DNA of 44,367 nucleotides from Tubiluchus corallicola (lineage: Eukaryota > Animalia > Priapulida), in contig JAQGDQ010000977.1 in assembly GCA_030141605.1 (NCBI GenBank), forward strand, positions 29,639 through 74,005, given 5' to 3'. Of the stretch, positions 11,116 through 32,200 are shown in pieces. The position numbers and the translations under genes were made by a program. Position 1 is the first letter of the stretch. Every line of letters begins with the position of its first letter. A model generated the notes under the pieces. That model was given only the letters and a program-made list of their open reading frames with translations, was not told where the DNA came from and did no database searches.

Positions 11116-14100
11116 CTATTAGAAATAATATCAAGAAATGAAGTCAAGCCGAGATCTAACAAAGTTCTCTATCAAAGAGATAGAGAATTAGATGCAATTA
11201 AACTTATTAAAACTAAATCATGTTGTATATAGTCCAGTAGCTAAAATTTTGTAGTATTGCTTAGTAAGTTTTTTATTAGCTTGAATTTTAACTTGTCTGC
11301 TAGTGTAGGATGAAATACCCTAATGTTCACAAATTCTAGTTGTGAAAATGTCTGACAGTTTTGTCCACATAGGACACAATGCATTATACCCTAATGTTCA
11401 CAAATTCTAGTTGTCAAAATGTCTGACAGTTTTGCCCACATAGGACACACTACATTATACCCTAATGTTCACAAATTCTAGTTGTCAAAATGTCTGACAG
11501 TTTTGCCTATGTAGGACACAATGCATTATACCCTAATGTTCACAAATTCTAGTTGTCAAAATGTCTGACAGTTTTGCCCACATAGGACACAATGCATTAT
11601 ACCCTAATGTTCACAAATTCTAGTTGTCAAAATGTCTGACAGTTTTGCCTACGTAGGACACAATGCATTATACCCTAATGTTCACAAATTCTAGTTGGAA
11701 AATGTCTGACAGTTTTGCCTACGTAGGACACAATGCATTATACTCTAATGTTCACAAATTCTAGTTGTGAAAATGTCTGACAGTTTTGCCCACACAGGAC
11801 ACATTGCATTATACCCTAATGTTCACAAATTCTAGTTGGAAAAATGTCTGGCAGTTTTGACCACACAGGACACACTGCATTATACCCTAGTGTTCAAAAA
11901 TTCTAGTTGTGAAAATGTCTGACAGTTTTGCCCACATAGGACACACTGCATTATACCCTAATGTTCACAAATTCTAGTTGTTAAAATGTGTGACAGTTTT
12001 GCCCACGTAGGACGCATTGCATTATACCCTAATGTTCACAAATTCTAGTTGTGAAAATGTCTGACAGTTTTGCCCACACAGGACACACTGCATTATACCC
12101 TAATGTTAACAAATTGTAGTTGTCAAAATGTGTGACAGTTTTGCCCACGTAGGACACACTGCATTATACCCTAATGTTCACAAATTCTAGTTGTGAAAAT
12201 GTCTGACAGTTTTGCCCACACAGGACACATTGCATTATACCCTAATGTTCACAAATTCTAGTTGTAAAAATGTCTGACAGTTTTGCCCACGTAGGACACA
12301 TTGCATTATACCCTAATGTTCACAAATTCTAGTTGTGAAAATGTCTGACAGTTTTGCCTACGTAGGACACATTGCATTATACCCTAATGTTCACAAATTC
12401 TAGTTGTCAAAATGTCTGACAGTTTTGCCCACGTAGGACACATTGCATTATACCCTAATGTTCACAAATTCTAGTTGTCAAAATGTCTGACAGTTTTGCC
12501 CACGTAGGACACATTGCATTATACCCTAATGTTCACACATTTTTATTTTGTTTCAACAAGCCTTTTCACGGTTCCAGCAACTGATGATGACCGTGAAAAG
12601 GCCAAAGGTTAACAGACAACACATTTGTGTATACTTGACAATGCCTCGCAGCCCATGCTGTTGTAATAGTAACAGTTTTAACAGCTAGCTAGAATCTCGC
12701 CTGGTTCCCAAGCAAGATCCTACTAGTAAATCACTCTATGTACAAACTAGTGCAAACTAGTGGCTTTGCTGAGATACACTTAATCTTTGACCTACAGCAA
12801 CTACACGTACGCACAACGAAACTGTGAAAAGGCATATTCTAGACTAGAGCATTTTGAACGATCGCAACTTACGCTATCCACACACTGAACGACGGCTCCG
12901 ATAATTTGTTTTATTTTGCCCTTCAAAGCTTCATTACTATCGGCGCCCATTAGAATGTTGAGGTAGTTGGATACGGACAGCGATTTCTCCTCCGCGCTGT
13001 ACACGAGAGCTGCCAGTGCAATCTGGGAGGGTGAATATAAGAGGGAGGCATCTGACACGAGACATTTGTCTAGGAAGATTTCTGCACCTAGAAGAAAAAT
13101 TATCGCATTAAACGAAGACCGGACGATTGTTTAGACTCAATCTCTTTTTAATTTACTGTCCAAAATATATATTTTCTTGCATATAAAAGTTAGCAATTGT
13201 TTCTTGTATTTGAATAATTAGCTCAGAAAGCTAATTAATGACAACCAAACACAGTTGTTGCTTACGTCAGAAACTAACCACAGTTTGTGCAATGGCAGGT
13301 ATCTTCCTTGCGCGTCAAGCACGTTTGCGTAAGTTTTATAGTAGTGCTTAAACGCGTGATGTCACGAAAATAGGCTGTACATCATATGACGTCAGAAACT
13401 AACACTGCCGTTCATGATCTTGCCTATCGCGGTACCACCTTCTATTTGTTGGCCACGCGAACGCGACAAAAAGGCGCCGCTGCCAATCTTAGTAGATTCA
13501 CTGAACCACGCGTAGCTTTGAAAGTTTAACGAAATTTGAGTATCCGAGGTAATTATTATTTAATCTAAACTTTGATTTAAAAAAAACTATTGTAGTTTTC
13601 AATATTTTAGAGCATTCTTTATTCTGCACTCGTGTTTACGCAATCATCCGGTTTTCCTTTAAGAAAGGGGAACAAACTCTATGTTTTTAGTGGGTAAGAT
13701 GGTCACATATGTATGGTGCTCGCTATACAACACAGATCAAGTCACAAATAATAAATAATGTTAAACTTTGGAACAGTTTTATTGTCAATGGTACACAAAC
13801 ATTTCCAGTAGATCTGAGGAGGCCCTTAGGACTGAAAGATTAGGGTATTCTCACATGGGTGCAATTGATAATAAGAACAATACTAAATTGTAAATGAAAA
13901 CACGGGAAAGAGTCGACCTCTACGAATCAACATGGCGTCTGTTAAGCGCAAACGATCATTTTGACCGCAACTGTCAATATTACTAGAAATTTAGCCAAAA
14001 CAGAACTGAATGTAGTACTGGGGGATAAGGCGGCAGAAGGGCAGACGACGCCTCCCCGTTTTTGTCCGGCAAACCGAAATAAGAGCATATTTTTATTGTC

Positions 14101-15341
14101 GGCCTAATTTTGACAAACTTGAAATTCTAAACCAGGGATGTGCAAATTATCTGACTAGCCACATTAAACTTTCCCGCATTTCCTGCGGGCCACATTAAAC
14201 TTTCCCGCAATTCCTGCGGACCACATTAAACTTTCCCGCAATTCCTGCGGGCCACATTAAACTTTCCCGCAATTCCTGCGGGCCACATTAAACTTTCCCG
14301 CAATTCCTGCGGGCCACATTAAACTTTCCCGCAATTCCTGCGGACCACAGGCAGTTTGATCAAGGAGCCAAGTACAGAAAGGCCCAATAACGATTTTTTT
14401 TGCATCCGACCTGCGTACATCATTACTACTACACTCAAGAAACTATTTTAGAAGTTATTAAAATTTATATTACAAACCATATATTTCTACTTTCAGGACA
14501 GATAGTGGTAATTTCACTACAATGCATATTAGTAATATGTATCACACAGTCTGTGTAGTAGAGTGACATTAAGCTACAACCGTCTTGTAAGGGTTAATGG
14601 CATCCGATCTAGTAGAAAAAACTACCCGCACTATCTTTGGCATCATGGCACGGACTTCAGCTGGATACACTCAATTAATCGCCCGAACCGCACTTTCATT
14701 GGGCTGACAAATCTCTTCGCGGGCCGCAATTTGCACACCCCTGTCCTAAACTGTCGATTTTAATGCATTTATAAAAGAGAAACCAACATCGTGTTCTAAC
14801 CTTTCCTGAGATTTTCGGCGTCACTTTCCTTCACTCCGCCGCGAGTCTTCAAATCTATAATGAATCCCTCCAGGGGGCGCCACGGATGATGCACCGTCAA
14901 CTGATAATTGAGCTTCTCCATCAACAGCAGTTCGTTGTTTAGCACCAAGTCCACGGCTTTCCCGCGTTTCCCGGGAAGATTTGCAACGTACTGCATCACG
15001 GTGACGTTAAATTCTTCGACTTTGCACGCCAGGTAGACACAGGTGAGCATGATATGTTTAGGATGGTACGCCATGACGGAATTGTTCAGGTAGAACCTTT
15101 TAAAATACGCGAACGACGTGCCGACGACGCTTCGCGGCATCGGCGGCTGAAATTTTGCGCAGAACTCTTTCATTACGAATTCGAAATGTCTGCAAAGCGT
15201 CCTCTCTTCGGCCACGGTGAGGTAGTCGCATTTTCGTTCGCAACTCTTCTGGAAGTCGCCGTTTGCCTTTTTGTGACGCCGGAGCAAAACGTTTTTGTCG
15301 GGAAACGTCCAGTGTTTGCTTTGCGTGCTCGACGGAAACAT
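10912..15341 (-). CDS. CCNH: Cyclin H (CAK/TFIIH regulatory subunit), complete, 319 aa; exons 15341-14801, 13087-12873, 11115-10912
   Basis: MFPSSTQSKHWTF..YLTVAEE..FQPPMPRSVVGTSFAYFKRFYLNNSVMAYHPKHIMLTCVYLACKVEEFNV..ELLLMEKLNYQLTVHHPWRPLEGFIIDLKTR..SDASLLYSPSQIALAA..IEKKLDKC is the cyclin H pattern. Splice sites and phases (1,0) are consistent. Confidence 0.96.
11316..12536. repeat. 71-bp minisatellite, about 17 copies, in cyclin H intron 2
   Basis: Unit TACCCTAATGTTCACAAATTCTAGTTGTCAAAATGTCTGACAGTTTTGCCCACGTAGGACACATTGCATTA. Confidence 0.97.
12558..12755 (+). mobile_element. Partial AATAAGCC-family MITE
   Basis: Similar to 5307-5520. Confidence 0.75.
12873..13087 (-). CDS. CCNH: Cyclin H coding exon 2
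   Basis: tttttcttctag acceptor, DASLLYSPSQIALAA, AGC|GTAAGT donor. Confidence 0.93.
13112..13658 (-). mobile_element. Complete Kolobok-like MITE
   Basis: TTAA on both flanks; about 18-bp imperfect TIR ACGAAGACCGGACGATTG / CAATCATCCGGTTTTCCT. Confidence 0.8.
14133..14743 (-). mobile_element. hAT-type MITE, copy 3, with an internal 31-bp x about 6 tandem expansion
   Basis: Same TIRs; TSD TTCTAAAC/TCCTAAAC; CCACATTAAACTTTCCCGCAATTCCTGCGGG repeated at 14159-14349. Confidence 0.9.
14801..15341 (-). CDS. CCNH: Cyclin H coding exon 1
   Basis: ATG at 15341, N-terminal cyclin box, AAG|GTTAGA donor. Confidence 0.95.
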
Positions 15342-15593
15342 AATTTCAACAAATCCGCACCGCCATAGAGTTACTGATAGTCGGCTGACCAAGTTAAAGG
15401 AAAAAAATGAATAGTGTCTTTGGCTTCCTGCATGCTATGCGTTAGAGGAATAATCCAACAATCTAGCCGCTTCGAAAATCAAAACCTGGAAAAAGAATAT
15501 ATTAACCCAAATTTTTTGCAATTCAAGAAAAAATATCATTGCTTAGTACCATGTTGCCATATAGGAATATCTTTAGTTGATAGGTTAGTTTAA

Positions 15594-16748
15594 AGGACAA
15601 GAAAAGGGGTACCCTAAGTAGGTTTCAGAAAAATTGCCTTAAAAAATTATATTACCGTATTTTCCCGTGTATAAGAGACCCTTTTTTGCTCAGAATTTTC
15701 ACTTTAAAAATAGGGGGTCTCTTATACATGGGAGTAAGTCTTTTCAATAAGATGCATAAATTGTGACACTAATGATTTTAAAGAAATAAGTGCTCTACAA
15801 CTGTTTTATTTCAAATAATTATAGTTTCCTTTCAATAAATCTTCTCCATGGCTAAATTCTAATGATAAAATTAATGTACCGGGTAAGTTATTATTTTTTT
15901 AAATGTCAAAAGAGGACAATGCCATTTTTGAGCAGAGTGACTCCTCTGATGATGAACTGGCTGGAATTGCTGAAGGTCTGACTCCAGTTGATATTTTTGA
16001 TGAGAGTGATGAGGAATTTATAATGATTTCTATGATGAATAAAGTTATTCATTACCAAAAAACTTTTTTCCAGAATTTTTGCCTAAAAATTGAAGGGGTC
16101 TCTTATACACAAGGGTCTCTTATACATGGGAAAATACGGTACTTTATAGCAATTTTATGTTTATCTTACTCGCACAGAAGGAATTTTAGTTTGTTTTAAT
16201 TTTAAATCTCCCGCAATATTGTTCCGAAGTCGCCATTACATGATGTCACTAGGCAAACGTAAATCAAGGGATGCAAAGGAAATGTTAAATTATGTCTCAA
16301 AAGACTTTCCATGCAAATATATATTAATCAGATTTTTGCTTGCCAGCCAGAAAGATTTATGTAACTAGAAAAGAAAATTATTAATTATTTAAAATATTTT
16401 CACCAATTAGTAAAATGTCACTAACTCACCCTCCAGGGTGCACCACTCACTAATCAAAAAACGTATTTTTAATCTTATTGACAAAAAACAGTAATTTTAA
16501 ATTTTATTCAGTTAGTGACTTGTGCGCTACGAATGCTCTGATTATTTTTTCAAACTTTACAAAATGTTATCTAAACTTGTTTCAAATGACCTGTCGTGAA
16601 AATGGCTGCGTCTAACGGTCATCGCGGGAGTTTAAATTTTTATACAGCGTTACTGCCGATTGAAGTCCTGTATGCAAAACGGCAGTATGTAAGTGATATA
16701 AAATTTAAAAACGAATTTTTCAAGCTTTATGAAGGGTTTTCTTGGGCT
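15594..16748. mobile_element. Kolobok-like element hosting the pogo-type MITE
   Basis: TTAA|AGGACAAGAAAA ... TTTTCTTGGGCT|TTAA; TIR is short and imperfect. Confidence 0.5.
15655..16139. mobile_element. pogo/Tigger-type MITE
   Basis: TA|CCGTATTTTCCCGTGTATAAGAGACCC ... GGGTCTCTTATACATGGGAAAATACGG|TA; internal GGGTCTCTTATAC repeats. Confidence 0.9.
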
Positions 16749-16752
16749 TTAA

Positions 16753-17110
16753 GTAAAAGGGAACAATTGCAATAGTTAAAAATCATTAGTAACGTATCAA
16801 ATAATCGATGTAGGTCAGTTTTCCAGAAAAAGCGTTCCACTGAAAAGGAATTTACCAGAAATATTTTTAACAGTAAAATCCTGGTTGCATTTTTAATTGT
16901 TCCAAGATTAGTCAATGCACACTTGGCACATAGATGTTCCTCTTGAGGAATAGGAGGTCTTATATACCGCCCAATTTCTATATGCAGTGAGTGAGCGCTT
17001 GTTCTAAGCTTAGTCAATGCAATATGATCTTTAACAATCTTTACATTTTTTCCAAATACGACTCAATTTAAGTCGTTTTAAATTTACTGCAAAATGATAA
17101 CTCTGTCATT
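16753..17110 (-). mobile_element. Decayed LINE ORF2 C-terminal remnant
   Basis: TKLRTSAHSLHIEIGRYIRPPIPQEEHLCAKC resembles the KxRxSxHxLxIExGRY...CxxC tail of non-LTR retroelement ORF2. Confidence 0.7.
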
Positions 17111-17196
17111 TCGGCTAGTGAATTTTTCCAATTGGTAACATAACATGCTTGTAAGCTTCCTTGACCAAGGTACAAAATATTCATATACAATGGCAC

Positions 17197-17563
17197 TAGG
17201 AGTGACCATTAAAAACTAGAAAGCAAATTTGAATCGAATTTCAGTATTTTGAATCGGAATCGAATTGAGTTTGAAAGATTTTCGAACAAGTTTTCGAACG
17301 ATTAATGAAAAGTGGTCTTACAAAGATCGTGCATATTGCTTGACTTTGTTCTGCAGTAAAAAAGCACTAATAGTTTGTTAATAGCTGCACAGAAGCTACA
17401 GCTAAACTGCTAAATGCATGATGTTTCAAACACAGATTTTAATGATACAGAACATATGTGGCTGAAGTGCTGAATTATTCGAATTTACGATTTTAGGTTC
17501 GAATCGAATTCGAACTAAAAAAACTAGTCCAAATCCAATTCAAACGTTTGATGCTCGCCCCTA
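17197..17563. mobile_element. hAT-type MITE with TAGG termini
   Basis: Perfect 8-bp TSD AATGGCAC on both sides; TAGGAGTGACCA / TGCTCGCCCCTA ends; TCGAAT subterminal repeats. Confidence 0.85.
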
Positions 17564-18299
17564 AATGGCACTATATGATTTTCCAGTAAAAACACTAGAT
17601 TAATGTCAGACAGTATATTTATGCTAACCCTTCTTAACCCTAAAAAATTAGAGTTAATTATACGCTCTGATTACATACAAACTAACATGTATTCTTACTA
17701 ATAAATGACCCATGTGTGATTTTAAAATCAAAACTTTATGGGTCTGAAATTAATCAGCCATGTGAAGGGAAAGATTTGGGCATGTGGATTTCGAAGGACT
17801 TGAAATGCAATAAGCACATGGGTCATTCTCTACAGAACGTACATGAGTGTGTATAGTGTGTATATGAGTCATTCCCGTTGTTGTCATTCCTGTTATTGTC
17901 CAAAATTTCTCTATAGTTCTGAAACAGAATCTTCTTCTGAGCCATGAAGTGTCACATCTAATTCATTTTTATTACCATTACATTCGTACAATGTGATATG
18001 TTTTCATCCTTCCTCGTAAATGAGCTACGTCCATTTAAGATGCATGTCAGATGCAAACACTGCCCAACAAACGTGAAAACCAGTTCAACGTATAAAAATG
18101 TTGCATTTGTATAAAAATTTCACCAGATATTTATAGCAAGGGACAAAAAATATATTTTATAAGACACTGCTTGACGTTTATGGGTTGTATTGCATACCTC
18201 TTGTCTGTAACAGTAATGACAAAAGTAATTATTCAGATAACTTTAAAATGGTCATAGTAAATTTTTACAAGTGTTTTAAGCTCTGTCAGTATCCTTTTT

Positions 18300-18850
18300 G
18301 TATACAAGGGAACCTTATTAATAACATGGAAGAGTAATTTTAAGAACATCTTTCCAGTCATTTAGCAGATTTTTTCACATTTGTTTTGCACGTTCTGTAG
18401 AGAATGACCCATATAATTAGGACCGAAAAGTTAGCCAACAGAGTCACAGGTTTGATTAAACGGGCTGTCCTGTCATGATCAGTTATAGTGCCTCTGTATA
18501 AAACAATGGTTTGGCCAAAGCTTGAGTATGCATGAGCAGTTGCCTGGTCACTGCTGGACATTGGTTTGGCCAAAGCTTGAGTATGCATGACCAGTTGCCT
18601 GGTCACTGCTGGACATCATCTTAACTAACCAGGTTCAGCAGATTCAGAGTCGTTGACTTCGAATTATGACTGATGGACAAGCTGAAGAAGTTACCCCTTG
18701 GTATCACAGATGCCAAACTATAGACCTTATTCATTGTTGCAAAATTTTGAATGAGTAAACCATCTTGAGTAAAGATAACTTCTTCTCTTGAATATGATCT
18801 GCTTGAACATTCGATGAAACTATTCCAGGGTTTCTATTGTATTACCATAA
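18300..18850 (+). mobile_element. Decayed CR1-like LINE remnant with an internal 55-bp duplication
   Basis: KLANRVTGLIKRA..IVPLYKTMVWPKLEYA resembles the post-RT KAxxxLGxIKR / LYKxxVRPxLEY motifs; interrupted by stops. Confidence 0.65.
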
Positions 18851-19279
18851 CACGTCACTTTTCATTGAAAAAGTTATATAATGCTGGAATGCACTGTCAG
18901 CCGATGTGATTAGTGCCCAAAATGTTAGTATTTCCAAAAGCAAATTGAGGACTTAGCGTCAAAGCCTTGTGGCGAGCAAAGTTATTAAGTTTGAAAGGCA
19001 ATTTATTACATTCAATTTTACATTATTACTTATTATACACAATAATTACACAACCTGATATTGACTGAATCCTGGCCACATACGAAAGACAGTATTGAAT
19101 TGAATAGTTTATTTATTTATCTCCAAAATACAAGACAGCCTGTAATGAGAAACGGAGAAGGGCTGGTATAGTTGGATATTAATAAGTTGGAACCACCTAA
19201 CTTGTCTCCAAAGTATCATGTTTTCCTTGGGAACAGCTTTATGATTTTCTGTTTTCTCGAGCAAACCACAAACTTGTCA

Positions 19280-19400
19280 TTTTACTTGTCATTTACTTTG
19301 GAATTCTCTACCATTACAGGTTAAACAAATCAAGTCCCTATCAGCATTTAAAACAAAATTAAAATCACTAATATTAACCAGATATGAAATACCATCACAC
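19280..19400 (+). mobile_element. L2/Crack-like LINE 3' remnant
   Basis: LWNSLPLQVKQIKSLSAFKTKLKSLILTRY is a typical ORF2 end. Confidence 0.65.
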
Positions 19401-19903
19401 CCTATTGTGGTGGCAGTACCTACAATTACCGGCAGAACCACAATATAAACGGCTACAATGACAGTAATAAGAACAGCTATCATGCTTCAAAATTTAATTA
19501 CACTTTTGTTATAAACTTTGCATATCTATTACATCAATGGTTCTCAGTCTCCTCATCCTCAGCACTCTGAACTCATGAGGTCATTTACATGACACCGTTT
19601 CTTCACAGTAAACATCCTACATGAATTTTCCTCTACCTTCATCTTAACTTAGTTACTGTTTCAAAGCACGAGAAATCCAAATTGCACAAAGAATTCTTGG
19701 ATTTAAATTACAAAAAATCCAAGAGACACAATCTTCACTAAGACTGTTCAGATCGGCTTTTTTTCCTTTACAGAGACGAGGTTGCTTTTCACTCAACATT
19801 GCAACCGATCTCCGACTGAGTTCAGGTCTAAATGTTGTAAATGCTGAACTATACAGAATTCAATCAGTGTATGTAAAACCCATGCAGAGAAGTTTATCAC
19901 TGA

Positions 19904-27842
<7,939 letters not shown>

Positions 27843-30669
27843 TGTTATTCTCACCGAGTTTTCACGACACTAAGAACAGCGACACCTGCAAAAACAGTAT
27901 CAGACATTCATACACATGTATAGAGATTTACCACATAAGTATTTGTGATGATGTTGTTTTTAAATATCATAATATATACATAAAAGACTTAATGTAAAAT
28001 AATTTCAATTCAAAAGCTAGCCAGAACAACTAAATCTTTAAATTTTAGACTTAGTATACCAAGTCAAGCAATATGTACTAGATTCAATAATTCGTTGTCT
28101 AATGTTATTGCAAAAATTTGTCTGTACAACAAATTCTAATCAAAAATTTCTCAAAGTGAATTAACAAAAAAAATTAAAAGTTTGAGAATTTTTTGAGAAA
28201 TGGAATTGGTATGCATGTCCTACTGGCCTGTAATAAGCCAAATTCTGGAAAATTACTAGAATTAATAAACATGATTTCATTGGCAATTAGCGAAATTCTA
28301 TTTAAGGTGTCTCTGGCAGTCTTATGCACATCAACTATGCCAAATATGCTAGACTTATTTTTTAGAAGGAAATAAATCACACAACCTAGGAAACCTATAT
28401 CCTTCTAAAGATCCTGCAAAAGATTAATAAAGGGCGTCACTCACATTCAAACTCACAACATAATTTTTTTATCACCTAAAATTTTCAGGTGTAACGACAG
28501 ATAATGCCATTTTTGCAAACATCCCCTACGTAGGCAGCATCTGAAAACCTGCTAACAGAATCTTGAGTTGGACATGTCCAGTTTACGGAAGGGAATTATC
28601 TCAATCTATCTGACATTAGACTACCTAAGACCACAACAACAGAGTGGTCAATGCATCTTTAATTCCTTCAGAATCATAGGAAATTGCTGCATTTTGCATG
28701 GTTTCATGAAAAATGCTCTCACTAACCAACGATTACATTATATTTGATGACTTTTATAGGTTTCCATTCCTCACACAATGGGCTAGAGGTGCACTAAAGG
28801 CACATTTTTATCAACTGTAATTCTAAACGAAAACGATTATAAACACTGCAACATTTTATCATTTCAAGTTAGTAGTGAATGGTCAGTTGTGTAAAATAGT
28901 TCTGATTAATAAATCTGTGTTTGTTTAATGTCATGTAGTAAAATATTAAGTATTTTATAAGCAGCCCAAATTTTTTAAAAGCTGTTCAAAATATTCAGTA
29001 CAATCAATAAAAACGGTATTTAAGCAAAAATGCAATAGTATAATTGTCCACTTGCTAGATTTCTCATAATAAATTTATTTCTTCGTGTAGAAACCAATAC
29101 GTGGTGTATAAACAATTACAGCACTGCCAAGCTACTGTGCATTGTCACGACTTGTGTACTGATGGAGCACTGCGGAAAGCATATGCAGAAATTCGCTTAA
29201 TATAATTTCTGCTAAATGTGACAATTGCTAAAAAAGTAACTTGGGTATACCGAAGATTCACCGTTCAAACCTTTAGTGATTACAACCGAAGTTTATCGGA
29301 CCGGCTTTTTAGACTATATTCGGAGGGAAAATATGGTGCATCCCTACATTTTACAATGGGCTTTAAGGCAAAATTATATACAAAATGCATTTGCTTCTTT
29401 ACAAATGAAAAATCAATTTTTGATGAAAAAATTGAAAAAAGGCTCTTAGTAACTGCACTGTTTGCACTGTAACAAGGCTAAATTGGTTGCCTAAACTTAT
29501 CAAATTAAGATAACCTAGCTTAAACAAGTAGCTCGATTGATTAACCGAGATTCTCTTGAAAAGAATTGTACCTAATTTGTAATCAGTCATGTCTGAGCTC
29601 ATACAGTAGCAGAAATACTATAGGTCTTATAAGACCTATTTTGAATGGTGTAGTCTTGACTTTTGTCCGAATCCCTGATACAGGAATTTTACATGAATTA
29701 CTTATCAAAATATATACACTACGGGTGTATACTTTTCAACTAGAATATATACATATATACACTCATATTAGCCATAAGAAAACAGATGTGCAACATAGTT
29801 TTTACTGAAGCGACTGTGAGAACAGTTTCAAAAAACACATTAACAGAATAAGAAATAATATAACTCAGTTACAGCAAGTTTAAAATGGAGGGGGGACTAA
29901 TAGCACATTTGCTAATAACCTGATCTTTGGATTATGGTTAGAAACCGGCAATGTGGACATTCGTCAGCTTTGGGCAAAATTTACTGCAAATGTCTTTCTT
30001 CGCCGTGGCTACGTCTACAGGTACTACTAATTGCTGATCTACAATGCATGAAAAGCCGAAAAACATTCCGCAAGAAATGTAAAAAAGTTCCAGATTACAG
30101 TTAAATAACGAATACAGTCTCAGTAATTTTCTCAGAAATTATTACAAAAAAAGGTACAACACTAATCGATAGTCACCGTTTTTTCAGAAATCCCAAACAT
30201 AAAAACTTAAGAGTAAGCTTCCAATACTAGCCCGGTATTGTATCTTTTATTTGCAATGGATGCATAAGTGCGAGGTTCTGGATCAATAATCACTTGTATA
30301 TTGATTTCAGCATTTGCGCGGCAACCTTAAGCTTGGTTGACTCGTTACCATTGGTTCTCAGTGAAAAGTTGAGCTGAAAAGTGAAAAATCACCAAACTTC
30401 CTTTGCTGGTCTTTTGTATTTTCTGTACCGTGTATTGCCGTGAATTATAAACTGGCGAATAATAATGAAATAGTAATTTAATATCAGGGGCCTGTATATT
30501 CACATCATAACAGAGCAAGCCAAACGGAAAGTATCTTGTCACAATGCTGCTCTTACACTTCTACAAGCCCTATATTTTTGTAAATTTTATCACTTGACTA
30601 ATATAAGCACTGACTTCTATAATAATGTGCTCAACTGAATGTAGGTTTTCACTGCATGATTTCCAATCA

Positions 30670-31270
30670 TTTTTAGCTACCTCACATTTCAACAGATGTT
30701 CCGTCATATCACGCACAGTAAGTGGACACATCAAGTCCTCCTTATTCATATTGTTATAATTACACTTTGATTTTATGATGTTTAATTTCCATTCAGTGAT
30801 TTCATGTTATGCTGCTTTTTCACCACAAGCCATCACATCATTTGTTGCCTGTTCCCACTTTTCCACACTATGTTTCATAAACCTCAGTTTTGTCACATTT
30901 TTTCTCGGCTTTAACTTCTAGATACTTTCTAGTTGCTTTTTTATTTTATTTTTTCCGTTGTGACATCAATAATTTTGCATTCTTTCAGCATTTATATCTA
31001 AATCAGACATATTTGCAATTAGACTAATTTTTGTCCCCCCGCCATTGTAGGAATATTTTTATCAAATATATTCAACAGCAATCACATTTCAGTATACGTA
31101 CTACAATAATTTTTTGTAATTTATTATTTGCTTCCAAGGCCATACTCCCCAGTTCATCATCAGGCCCCAATAGCTCATTCTGCTTCATCTGCTTCAATTT
31201 TCAGCCCCTGTTTAATTGCGATCTTGACTAACCAGATTTGTTTTTTCTTTAATTTCCGAACTTCCCATGC
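30670..31270 (-). mobile_element. Decayed non-LTR retroelement C-terminal remnant
   Basis: Minus frame ..KLNIIKSKCNYNNMNKEDLMCPL..TEHLLKC resembles a CxxC..H..C zinc-knuckle tail; many stops. Confidence 0.55.
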
Positions 31271-31639
31271 ACCGTAGGCTCTTGGTAACAATGCTGTGTG
31301 AATTTAAATTTACATTGGGGTATGACGGGAAAAAGAGGCCTATGTTGAATGTAGAAAATTAATATTCTTATACTCCCTAGTAATTTCTACAGTAGCTCAA
31401 TTGCAAGAAATATTTTAAACTACACTTATAAAACTAAAAGAGGCGACATTTGAAAAGCAACAGCAAGTGCCACATCAGGGAGGGAAAAGCAATCATAAAA
31501 ATAAATATGCTAGAAGTAAAAAATAGTTACAAACGATCAAATAAAGCTGTGGAAAACATGTGTCTCTTTTTTGTTTGGGAATGAAAGTGACCAACAGAAC
31601 ATCTATTTGCATGTTACTTAATTATTTTAGAGTTTGGAA

Positions 31640-32200
31640 GCATTCCAAAAGGCTAACAAAACATATTGGGCATGATAAAAAAGCTCTTTATTAAATATGA
31701 GGACAAAGGTCTAACCGTAAATCTGTTCAAACGTTTTGTTAGACCACACTGCACGGAGCAATGGATAACATGTATACTTTATGGCAAAATATAATGGATT
31801 AGATTGCTTGAAGGTTACAAGAAAGAATTATGAACTTGATTAAGTCTCCTAGTTTTGCAAAATAAACAGGTATGATCAGAGATTGTAGGGATGCAGATTA
31901 ATGCGCCTAGGACGCTTTCTAACGTTGACCAGAGTGTAGATCTGGTTGAAACTTTTAGACTTGTGAATGAAATCGATGGTCTGAAACGTAATATACTCAT
32001 TTTTTACTTTTAGTAATGACAGCAGAACAAGAAATCACCCAAAAAGTTGTGAAACAAAGGTCTAGGTTAGACCTTAGAAAATGCAGTAAATGACAAATGG
32101 TAAAATACCTCGAATCAGTTAACAGAGGTAGCAGTGAACGCTCATCACTTGGAGTTCTTTAAGAAATTTGGGGCACAACACAAGATAGCTTGTCCGAGAT
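31640..32200 (+). mobile_element. Decayed CR1-like LINE 3' remnant
   Basis: Frameshifted KANK.LGMIKK, NLFKRFVRPH, DLVETFRLVNEIDGL, TRNHPKKL, SRLDLRK. Confidence 0.72.

Noticed and set aside
15342-15392. N-terminal extension of cyclin H in the ORF track
   Set aside because: It starts at a TTG (non-ATG) codon; homology begins at MFPSSTQ (ATG 15341).
15903-16199. Acidic 98-aa ORF as a host gene
   Set aside because: It lies in the pogo MITE and runs through its TIR; at most a remnant of a transposase acidic tail.
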